Origin: a virus
Taxonomy: Duplodnaviria; Caudoviricetes
Length of the DNA stretch: 64,000 nucleotides
Direction: 5' to 3' (one strand)
Virus record (IMG/VR): IMGVR_UViG_3300037067_016725
Coordinates: 1-64,000 of that record
The notes beneath the pieces are model-generated. The model did not search any database and was not told where the DNA came from. It saw only the letters and a list, made by a program, of their open reading frames with translations. Position 1 is the first letter of the stretch, and every line of letters starts with the position of its first letter. The translations under genes were made by a program, and so were the position numbers. Below are positions 44,516-52,648 of the stretch, one piece after another.

Positions 44516-45898
44516 ATGCTCGAAAACAACCTCTACCAGGTTATTAAGAAAAGGATGCTAGACGAGATGAATGATTCTCTTCGTCGTCATCCTGTATACC
44601 GTGGGGATGTTAAGGCATACGGTAAATATCACATGGGCAAGGAAAGGCCTCAGGTTGGAGTAAGCCTAGTTAACGTAGGCAGTAATCGTGAGACCCTGAG
44701 CCCGGATGATACCCTGGGGGACCTTATTTCTATGGTGGTTGCTACCCGTGTAGGGAACTGTCCTGGGACAAGTATCGAATGGGTTTGGGAGAATTCTGCT
44801 AACATCTCCAAGTACGTGAAAGATGAGGTAGCCACAGGAACCCTTAGCCCTGATCGAATGGCATTCACTACAAGCCATCCTTTTGTTACAGAGGGACCCC
44901 AGAGCCCTAACCCCGCCAGCAATGTGGGTCAAGTCCGAGTCTATGTAGGCGGTAAACATCAGATACCTAGAAGTATTGATGCAAGTACCGGAAGAGTTGT
45001 GTTGTACTCTGCGGTACCCTCCAATACGGAAGTACTGGTATCCTACTATTATAAGGACGTGGATCCTCCCGGATTCTACTTCATAGAAATTCTGGATAAA
45101 ACATCATTCATAATGACACCCATGTTCTCCGTAGAGGAAGAGCTGGTTGCCCCTAAGGTTACGGGTACTGAGACCACCCTGAACCTGGCCAACGCCCCTG
45201 TTCTGGTGGACTACGTTCTTTCCCTTTACCTTAGGTGGTCTCCAACAGCTCCAAGGGTATTCTTGGATAGAAACGTGGACTACACCATCTTAGAGGATGG
45301 AACCATTACTATTCTAACCCCACTTCCTGCAGGGTACTCCCTATATGCCTCTTACAGATGGAGGGGTGCTAACAAGGGACCTTTTACAATTGATGGGGAG
45401 TATTCATTCAATACTGATGCCATCAAAGGTGTAGTTCTGGCATTTGGGTCTAGAGTGGAGGAAGGGGACAAAGTTTGTGTTGTCTTCACAGACAAGAGGG
45501 AAAGATGTGCCCAAGTAAAAGGTGGACACTATATAATGAATTTTGAGTGGAAGGTTTTTTCCAGGGATCCCATGACCACCTCGGAAATAACTGACCATCT
45601 GGTTTCTGATATCTGGGCATTCCGAAAGGAACCCTTAAGAAGTGAAGGGATTACTGTACAAGACTGTACAGGGAGTGGAGAAGCAGAATCCTCTTATGAT
45701 GATGCCACCCAGGCCATGTATTTTGAAAGTTCTATCTCCATGGAGATCAGAACAGAATGGAAACTCTTTATCCCATACATACTGAAACTAAAACAGTATC
45801 GAGATTTGACTCAGTATCACCATTCTTATGGAAACACTGAGATAGTCAACTATACCACAATCAGGGCACCTGAACTTGGGTACCCAACAATAGTATAA
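44516..45898 (+). CDS. Tail terminator/completion protein with inserted beta-modules
   Basis: Lies before the sheath. ERPQVGVSL and VFSRDP...EITD...ISMEIRTEW patterns. Confidence 0.55.
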   Translation: MLENNLYQVIKKRMLDEMNDSLRRHPVYRGDVKAYGKYHMGKERPQVGVSLVNVGSNRETLSPDDTLGDLISMVVATRVGNCPGTSIEWVWENSANISKYVKDEVATGTLSPDRMAFTTSHPFVTEGPQSPNPASNVGQVRVYVGGKHQIPRSIDASTGRVVLYSAVPSNTEVLVSYYYKDVDPPGFYFIEILDKTSFIMTPMFSVEEELVAPKVTGTETTLNLANAPVLVDYVLSLYLRWSPTAPRVFLDRNVDYTILEDGTITILTPLPAGYSLYASYRWRGANKGPFTIDGEYSFNTDAIKGVVLAFGSRVEEGDKVCVVFTDKRERCAQVKGGHYIMNFEWKVFSRDPMTTSEITDHLVSDIWAFRKEPLRSEGITVQDCTGSGEAESSYDDATQAMYFESSISMEIRTEWKLFIPYILKLKQYRDLTQYHHSYGNTEIVNYTTIRAPELGYPTIV

Positions 45899-45916
45899 CA
45901 AAACAGGAGAAAAAAC

Positions 45917-46351
45917 ATGCCTACATACAGATATACCTGCGAAACTTGCAAGCAGGAAACAGATCTTTTGGTTCTTCCGAAGGTAAGGGACAGTCAGGTA
46001 TGCAATACCTGTGGTAGCCCCCTGGTAAGGAAAGGTTCTGAGGGGTTCTCAGTAAATACACCTTTGGACACAAGTAAGAAGGATGCCTACTCGAACTCTG
46101 AAATAGACAAGGTCATAGGAGCCTCTGCATCTAAAAAGTGGGACAAACTCCATAAGAAAATAGATGAGAAGCTGGCAGGACCCAATGTGGTAACTGTAGA
46201 CATCAAGCCCGGCCAACCTTTCAACCCTGAGCATCTGCTAGGTGACTCCGAGAGAAAAGAAAAAGCGGCTATTTACTCAAAACACGTCAAAGACACTCCC
46301 TCTGAAACCTTGGGGCTTGAAAAGTCCGGTTTTAAGAGAGTTGATATCTAG
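45917..46351 (+). CDS. FmdB-type zinc-ribbon protein
   Basis: MPTYRYTCETC...CNTCGS. Confidence 0.7.
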   Translation: MPTYRYTCETCKQETDLLVLPKVRDSQVCNTCGSPLVRKGSEGFSVNTPLDTSKKDAYSNSEIDKVIGASASKKWDKLHKKIDEKLAGPNVVTVDIKPGQPFNPEHLLGDSERKEKAAIYSKHVKDTPSETLGLEKSGFKRVDI

Positions 46352-46361
46352 TAAACCCAGA

Positions 46362-46373
46362 TAATCTTCTAAT
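46362..46373 (+). promoter_or_regulatory. Late promoter motif TAATCTTCTAAT
   Basis: Exact copy 128 nt upstream of the sheath start. Confidence 0.7.
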
Positions 46374-46500
46374 TCACGTAGGGGCATTAACGAAATTAGT
46401 GCCCTGTGGTTTTCTGTACACTGCCTGCGGGAGCACTCAACTGAAAGATACCTTGCACCCAATGCAAGTTAAGGCACGGCAGAAAACGAGGAGATACATC

Positions 46501-49356
46501 ATGGCTATTGGACCATTGGAAGAGTTTGCTTTCCCAGGTACCTACACAAGGACCTTTACAGAGGCTCCCAAGGCTACTGCCGCAGGTGCCCAGCGTTATG
46601 CAGCCCTGATCGGGGTAGGTCCTGAGGAAGAAAGGATCGAAGGTTTTGAAATGGTCCGTGGTTCCTCTGCCACGGCTGCCAATATCATTCTAGGCGAAGT
46701 CGCCCTTGAGAATGGTCGTGGTAACGTCGTGGATGGTGTGAACGTAGATTTCTACGTAAGGCACTACCCTATCGTCGTAAACGACGGACAAGGCACCTAC
46801 GCAACACAGCCCAGCGATGTCATCGTTGCTGTGAATGGTGAGAATGTGCCAGTGCAGTCGGTGTCCGCTTTGACCGGAAAGATTACCCTGGTGAATCCCC
46901 CTTCCGCAGGGGATCTGGTAGTACTGAACTACTATTTCAAGCGTCGAGACCTGTACGTTGAAAATGAAGACCAGAGCACTCAAGCTGATGGTTCCACAAC
47001 CATTTTCAAGGTAGGTGCCTCTCGTATCGTTACTGGTGACAACGGTGGCAACAGTGCTACCAGCTCCATCATTGATGGTAGTACTGGTTTCAGCTATACT
47101 GTGAAGAATGAGATCAACGGTCTCATGATAACCGTCCCCATCCTCCAAGTTTTGGTGAATGGTGAAGTGGCTGCTATTTCCGCGGTATCTGGTGCCTATG
47201 GTACTTTCACTCTGGCAACTGCCCCTGCTGCAGGAGCCGAGGTGCTAGTTAGCTACTTCCGTAATGACTGGCAGAACACCTTTGATATCCTACCCGCGGC
47301 ATATGTCGCTAATATTACTCAGGTTGGTTTTACCCCGGGTAGAACTGACTTCAAGGGTGACGTGGACTATGTCCTAGCCAATGAGAATGAGATCCATTGG
47401 GGTAACTCTTTCTCTGTTACCGCAGGTGTCAATACCTCAGGTACCTCTGTCTTCGGGCCTAACCAGGTTGCTGGTTCCCAAGTGGACTACCGCTATTACA
47501 TGGTGGAGGCTACATCCAGTGCCTCAAGTTCCAAGCAGTATGTGCTTCCCTACACTCCTGTTAATGGGGATGGTACTGGCACTCCTATGACAGCCCCCAA
47601 CAACAACACCGCAAGTACCTACGACGATCTCGTGGCCTATGTTGGTGTGGACGAAGAAGCTGCCAAGACCAATCCGGTTACCGTGGTCAGCATCAGTGGT
47701 TCTGTCATCACCCTGAGAACAGCTCCTGCTACTGGTATGAAAGTGTTTGTGAGCTACTTTGTGAACAAGCTTACTGATGACACTTGGACAATCACAAACA
47801 AGGTGTCTGGTGATACTGGTGTAGGAAAATATACCGTTATCGGTTCTTCCCTAGGCAATGCCCGTCAGGTGGTTCTTGATAGTGCCAGCACTTCCACTGC
47901 TACATTCCTTGATACAGGTGTTGTGGTGTGGGATGGCGTTGCTGGTACAAGCAATGCCTACATCAACCCCTCTCGCGTATTTGGTGATGAGACCATCACC
48001 GTTACTGTAGATGCTGCAGGTGCCTTCATTGTCACCTCAAACGTGGCAACGGGTACAGGGTCGGGGACAGTGAACACGGGCTTGGTAGGCAAGACCTACA
48101 TTGACCCCATCACAGGTTTCACTTTCGCACTTGCTACTGCCACTGCAGGTACCCTGGTATTTAAGGTTACCAAGACCTTCACTATCTTGAACCAGTGGGA
48201 TCTAAGTATTCCTGGTATCCGCCTGAGTGTTACTGACACTTCTGACGTAGGTACTTCTGATACGGCTATCCTGGATACTTTCAACTTGGTAGAAGATACC
48301 GAACCTAGCAACGGTGACAACTACTATGTCACTTTTGATAAGGAGAAGATTGACTACTCCGCTAAGTATGTCACTTCCTTCCCCGAAGTAGTTACAAAGT
48401 TTGGTGCTCTGGCTCAGAATAACCCCATTGTTATGGGTGCCTACCTGTACTTCAAGAATGGTGGCCAAGCTTTGGTTATCAAGCAGATCAAGAAGGCAAC
48501 TGGTAGCAATGATGCATCCGTGGCTTCATACATCGAAGCTATAGATACTTTCAATGAGCCTATCTCCAATGGTACTCGTCCTTCCTTGGTTAGTGTGATG
48601 ACAACTAACCGTCAGGTTACCAACTACCTGAAGACCTCTAATGCTCAGCAGTCCAGCATTCGTTTCCAGAATGAGAGGACTTCTTATGCAGGTGTGGCAG
48701 CAGGTACGGTTCCCGAGGATGTACTCGCTTATGCAAAGGCTTTGTCTACAGAGCTGATTACCCTGGTCTATCCGGACTCGGCCATCATGACTATCCCTGA
48801 CTCCAATGGGGTTGATCAGGATATCCTGGTTGGTGGTGAATACATTGCAGTAGCCCTTACCGGTGCTGATGTTTCCCCTACCTATGATATTGCAACTCCT
48901 CTCACGGGTGTGCAGTTGGTTGGCTTGTCTCGCCTGGGTAGGATTCTGACAAAGGCAACTGCCGCATTGGTAGCCCAGAATGGTGTTACCGTGATGGAAT
49001 ACAAGAACAATGTCATCAGGGTGATGATGGGTCTTACTACAGACCTGACTTCTCCTTTGACAAGGGATCCCCGTATTATCGAAATCAAGCACTTCGTACA
49101 GCAGGGTGTCCGTGAGGTGTGTGACAAGTTCATTGGCCGCAAGAACATTGGTGGAATCACCAATGAGATTAAGACAGCCTTGGTCTCTTACTTCAACTCG
49201 CTGAAGGGTGTATACCTGATTGGTGGGTTTGACAGTAACATGACTGTGGAAGTTGATGCTAATGATCCAACTATTGTCAATGTGGCAGTTCAGTACAAGC
49301 CGATCTTCGGTGTTAACTGGATCATGGTTACTCACTACCTCAGAAGTACCCTGTAA
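46501..49356 (+). CDS. Contractile tail sheath protein
   Basis: Start moved to ATG 46501 (GAGGAG RBS). N-terminal PGTYT, C-terminal FIGRKN...DPTIVNVAVQYKPIFGVNWIMV. Confidence 0.88.
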   Translation: MAIGPLEEFAFPGTYTRTFTEAPKATAAGAQRYAALIGVGPEEERIEGFEMVRGSSATAANIILGEVALENGRGNVVDGVNVDFYVRHYPIVVNDGQGTYATQPSDVIVAVNGENVPVQSVSALTGKITLVNPPSAGDLVVLNYYFKRRDLYVENEDQSTQADGSTTIFKVGASRIVTGDNGGNSATSSIIDGSTGFSYTVKNEINGLMITVPILQVLVNGEVAAISAVSGAYGTFTLATAPAAGAEVLVSYFRNDWQNTFDILPAAYVANITQVGFTPGRTDFKGDVDYVLANENEIHWGNSFSVTAGVNTSGTSVFGPNQVAGSQVDYRYYMVEATSSASSSKQYVLPYTPVNGDGTGTPMTAPNNNTASTYDDLVAYVGVDEEAAKTNPVTVVSISGSVITLRTAPATGMKVFVSYFVNKLTDDTWTITNKVSGDTGVGKYTVIGSSLGNARQVVLDSASTSTATFLDTGVVVWDGVAGTSNAYINPSRVFGDETITVTVDAAGAFIVTSNVATGTGSGTVNTGLVGKTYIDPITGFTFALATATAGTLVFKVTKTFTILNQWDLSIPGIRLSVTDTSDVGTSDTAILDTFNLVEDTEPSNGDNYYVTFDKEKIDYSAKYVTSFPEVVTKFGALAQNNPIVMGAYLYFKNGGQALVIKQIKKATGSNDASVASYIEAIDTFNEPISNGTRPSLVSVMTTNRQVTNYLKTSNAQQSSIRFQNERTSYAGVAAGTVPEDVLAYAKALSTELITLVYPDSAIMTIPDSNGVDQDILVGGEYIAVALTGADVSPTYDIATPLTGVQLVGLSRLGRILTKATAALVAQNGVTVMEYKNNVIRVMMGLTTDLTSPLTRDPRIIEIKHFVQQGVREVCDKFIGRKNIGGITNEIKTALVSYFNSLKGVYLIGGFDSNMTVEVDANDPTIVNVAVQYKPIFGVNWIMVTHYLRSTL

Positions 49357-49374
49357 TAGTAAAAGGAGAAAAAC

Positions 49375-50100
49375 ATGGAATACCGTAGTAAACTCGCCGG
49401 ACTTTTCAGGGAAGCTTCCCAGGCTGTGTCGGCTAACACTCACATGGCCTCGGACTTGCTCACGATGGCCTCAGCCTTGGACAAAATGACTGACGAGAAG
49501 TTTGCATCCTTCACAGATGCAAAAGCTCTCAAGGGTATGTTCGAAGGCAAGATGGTTCTCGAAGGCAAGGGACTCCCTGAAGGAGTTTCCTTTGAGAACA
49601 AGAATACTGAAGTGCAGGACAACAAGTCCCAGTGGGATAAGAAAGCTTTCTCCTGGAATGGAAAGGCTGCCTCCATGGTCAAGAGCAAGCTTGCCTCTAC
49701 CTTCAAGAAGGCAGGGGATGTGGGAATTGACACAGGCCGTCCGGATGCTGTTGCCCAGGCAAAGCTCACTCCTGAACAGACTCCTGATGGTTCCCATAAC
49801 CAGGGCACTGTAAAGGGCACCCCCGAAGAGACTCCTGCTGCTTTGACCAAGGAGCAGACTCCCGATCAGAAGGAAGTGCTGACTTCGGACATGGTTGCAA
49901 AGAGTGAAAAGGGTGAGAAGGAAGCTGCAGCCCCTGCAGCCCCTGCAGCTGAACCTACACCCGCTCCTGCTGCTACCCCTGCTCCTGCAGAAGCTCAGGC
50001 TTCTAATGGTGGGTACACTTTTGCGGGTATCGAGATGCAGGCAAGTGAAGGGCTTTCTTCCGTTGCAGATATCGATGCAGATCTGAAGGGTCTGTTTTAA
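49375..50100 (+). CDS. Scaffold-like protein between sheath and tube
   Basis: Many KxAS sites, LTxEQTPD twice, PAAPA linker and C-terminal DLKGLF. Confidence 0.55.
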   Translation: MEYRSKLAGLFREASQAVSANTHMASDLLTMASALDKMTDEKFASFTDAKALKGMFEGKMVLEGKGLPEGVSFENKNTEVQDNKSQWDKKAFSWNGKAASMVKSKLASTFKKAGDVGIDTGRPDAVAQAKLTPEQTPDGSHNQGTVKGTPEETPAALTKEQTPDQKEVLTSDMVAKSEKGEKEAAAPAAPAAEPTPAPAATPAPAEAQASNGGYTFAGIEMQASEGLSSVADIDADLKGLF

Positions 50101-50121
50101 CAATAAGGAAGGGTAAGCTTT

Positions 50122-50772
50122 ATGGCTACATCAACGAAAGGTGCATATGTTAATAGGAGGGGGTATTCTCCGAATACCGTCTCCGAGATCTCGTCAAAAA
50201 CGAAGATCTATGCGAAGGACGCAGATCTAGATGGACTTGTCCAGGTAGGTGTGATTGCTTCGTTCGATCCGAACGAATCCAGGAACATTGAACCCGTCCG
50301 CGGTATTGGTTTCGGAGATCAGGTAGCTGAGCTTATCCCTGGTGTTACCGAACCCATGACCATCAGTGTTGTTAGGACTGCCCAGTACCTATCTTCCATA
50401 TACCAAGTCTTTGGTTATACTGGAGGAGTCAGTGGTCTGGTACGTTCCTTAAAGCATCACAGGTGGCCCTTTGACGTTAAGAAGGAAACAGTATTCTCCG
50501 AAATCGTAAACAGTGATGCAGCCCAGCTGTCCACCGTTGGCGATGAGACTACCCCGATTGACAGTGGCGATGGATATAAGGCGCTGGTAACCTACTATGA
50601 AGGTTGCTGGTTCTCCTCTTGGTCCACCAGCTACTCTTCGGATACCGCCCTTGTTCAAGAAAACTGTGAAATGATGGTATCAGATGTATGGGATGGCACC
50701 AACCAGGTAGCTATCAGCGGCATCCAGGATACCGGTAACAAGCTTACCTCCCAGCGTTTTGGTGGGAAGTAA
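50122..50772 (+). CDS. Tail tube protein
   Basis: VGVIASFDPNESRNIEPVRGIG...ELIPG...YEGCWFSSWSTSY, downstream of the sheath. Confidence 0.82.
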   Translation: MATSTKGAYVNRRGYSPNTVSEISSKTKIYAKDADLDGLVQVGVIASFDPNESRNIEPVRGIGFGDQVAELIPGVTEPMTISVVRTAQYLSSIYQVFGYTGGVSGLVRSLKHHRWPFDVKKETVFSEIVNSDAAQLSTVGDETTPIDSGDGYKALVTYYEGCWFSSWSTSYSSDTALVQENCEMMVSDVWDGTNQVAISGIQDTGNKLTSQRFGGK

Positions 50773-50792
50773 GTAGTTCGATAGATTGAAGG

Positions 50793-50826
50793 AAGCTCCC
50801 CCTGTCTCACACCAGGGGGAGCTTAT
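50793..50826 (+). terminator. GC-rich hairpin after the tube gene (terminator or stabiliser)
   Basis: AAGCTCCCCCTG-TCTCACAC-CAGGGGGAGCTT with a weak U tract. Confidence 0.6.
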
Positions 50827-50830
50827 CAAA

Positions 50831-50953
50831 TAACACACATCCAGATAGAAAATACGCCAAGGCGAACCCCCACTGAAAAGTGAGGCAACATGAATATAAA
50901 ACAACAGAATCTTAGCCTAAGTAAGAAGGCTACCTTCCTATCTATGTGTGTTG
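50831..50953 (+). ncRNA. Candidate structured RNA (multibranch) upstream of the tail chaperone
   Basis: AACACACAT/ATGTGTGTT and AGATAG/CTATCT close three internal hairpins, including CACT-GAAA-AGTG. Confidence 0.4.
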
Positions 50954-50990
50954 CAAAAAGTAAGACAACGTGTAGCATAGGAGATAAAAC

Positions 50991-51572
50991 ATGGGTAGCA
51001 AATACCTGAACCTCATTCAAGAAACCCTAAAAAATACTTCACTTCGTACAGATGTTGTTGTACAGGGTATTACCTTCACACTGACTCCGTCTTCGACAAA
51101 GGATGAGTACATCCTTGCCGAGCACATGGCGTCTCTTTCCCAGAATCAGGATGACATGTTTTCGTCCCTTCAGTCTATCAGGGCAAGGGCTTTGGCCTCT
51201 ATGATCTGCGCCATAAATGGAGAAGAGATTCCTGACATGGTGGTGAGGGATAATGGGACCAGTGTAGAGAGAGTTCTCTACTTGGCAGAGGACATTGTCC
51301 AGTGGCCCTCAGTCATCGTGAACAACCTGTTTACGGTTTCTACGGATTTTAAGAAAAGAGTCCGTGATACCGTAAGAGGCTCCGTTCAATATGAATGGTT
51401 TGGCGTTGACCTTATTGCGGAAGAGATCAAAGAGGAGCTTGAGGCAGAGAAGATGGATAAGCTGGCGGAAGAGGCAGAGAAGGCACAGCTATCTGTCGTT
51501 CCGGACAGCGCCCCTTCTCCGGAGGCCAGCTCTTTCAGTACTCCTGAAGAGCCCACAACTCCTACAGAGTAA
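50991..51572 (+). CDS. Tail assembly chaperone 1
   Basis: Between tube and tape measure. LASMICAING motif and acidic tail. Confidence 0.6.
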   Translation: MGSKYLNLIQETLKNTSLRTDVVVQGITFTLTPSSTKDEYILAEHMASLSQNQDDMFSSLQSIRARALASMICAINGEEIPDMVVRDNGTSVERVLYLAEDIVQWPSVIVNNLFTVSTDFKKRVRDTVRGSVQYEWFGVDLIAEEIKEELEAEKMDKLAEEAEKAQLSVVPDSAPSPEASSFSTPEEPTTPTE

Positions 51573-51584
51573 TGAGGCTTCCCC

Positions 51585-52646
51585 TTGGATGTGGATAAGG
51601 CATATACGGTACTACAGAGGGTAGTGGAGACAGGGTACGACATGGCCGGAGTATCTGTTTTAGGTATTCCCATTGTACTTAAGACCATAACCCCTCTGGA
51701 AATATCCTTGGCACGACAGCACTCCTTTGGAGGGGAGCTGAAAGTGTTCAGACTGTATCTATTGGCTTACCACACCTTGATGATAAAGGGCAAAACTTGC
51801 ATAGAAGAGCGTCCTAGATCCATAGAGGACCTGGTGGACTTCTACAAGTCCCTTCCCAAGGAAATTCTAGAGCTGGTTGAAGAGACTGCATATCAGTTAC
51901 AACAAAGATACCGTAGATATATGCGTCTGATAGAGGGGTTCACTTTATCAGACAGTTCTCGTACCCTATGGAAGCTCCGCAAAGGTAATGCCTGCATAAA
52001 CGAGGAGACGACTGGAATCCCTGGGTCCACCTACCTTGGCGTATCCGAATGCACCCTGGCCTGGTCTGTAGTAAATACCTCCCTAGATCAGAATGAAGAG
52101 TATGAGAGAGGGATGGAGGAAGCAATGTTTATTGCTTCTGCCTCAAACCCTAAGGGTGTGGACAAGATAAGCAAGAGCATGGAAGTCTCCAAAAAAGAGG
52201 CCCAGGAAAGAAAGAAAATCCTAATAAAGTACGGGAGCATTATACATAAGGATCTTATAGAGGGTAACGAGATAGTCAAGAAAGAAAAGTGGGCTGCCTC
52301 TGTTACAACCAGTGAAGACCTTGTGAAAGAGCTTAATCGCCAGATGAAAGGGGAAAAGGATAGGCATGATCTCTTTATGGAGTCCTATCTCGAAAGGATA
52401 AGGAAGGCTGCTGAAGAAGAACAGCGAAAGGCAGAAGAGAAACTTCATGAGATTCGAGAGAATCGAAAACTGGTACCTATTCCAACGGGGAGCTTTGAGC
52501 TCACCCCAGAAGACAGGGAAAGGATGAAGAACAGGGAAGTGGCCGCGTTCGATCTGGCTACCCAAAAAAGGGATAACTCCCTAAATGGGGGAAGCCAGAG
52601 GGTTTCTACAGTAGGAAAGAGAGTGCTAAGGGCAGGTAGGAGATAG
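51585..52646 (+). CDS. Tail assembly chaperone 2
   Basis: TTG start with GAGG RBS, precedes the tape measure gene. Confidence 0.55.
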   Translation: MDVDKAYTVLQRVVETGYDMAGVSVLGIPIVLKTITPLEISLARQHSFGGELKVFRLYLLAYHTLMIKGKTCIEERPRSIEDLVDFYKSLPKEILELVEETAYQLQQRYRRYMRLIEGFTLSDSSRTLWKLRKGNACINEETTGIPGSTYLGVSECTLAWSVVNTSLDQNEEYERGMEEAMFIASASNPKGVDKISKSMEVSKKEAQERKKILIKYGSIIHKDLIEGNEIVKKEKWAASVTTSEDLVKELNRQMKGEKDRHDLFMESYLERIRKAAEEEQRKAEEKLHEIRENRKLVPIPTGSFELTPEDRERMKNREVAAFDLATQKRDNSLNGGSQRVSTVGKRVLRAGRR

Positions 52647-52648
52647 GT

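Noticed and set aside
50831-50953. tRNA or hammerhead ribozyme
   Set aside because: No T-loop/anticodon cloverleaf and no CUGANGA...GAAA core in the right arrangement. Kept only as an unclassified structured RNA.
51540-51600. Programmed frameshift between the tail chaperone genes (lambda G/GT style)
   Set aside because: The 50991 and 51585 ORFs are in the same frame, separated by tandem TAA TGA. The second has its own GAGG plus TTG start and no clear slippery heptamer was seen.
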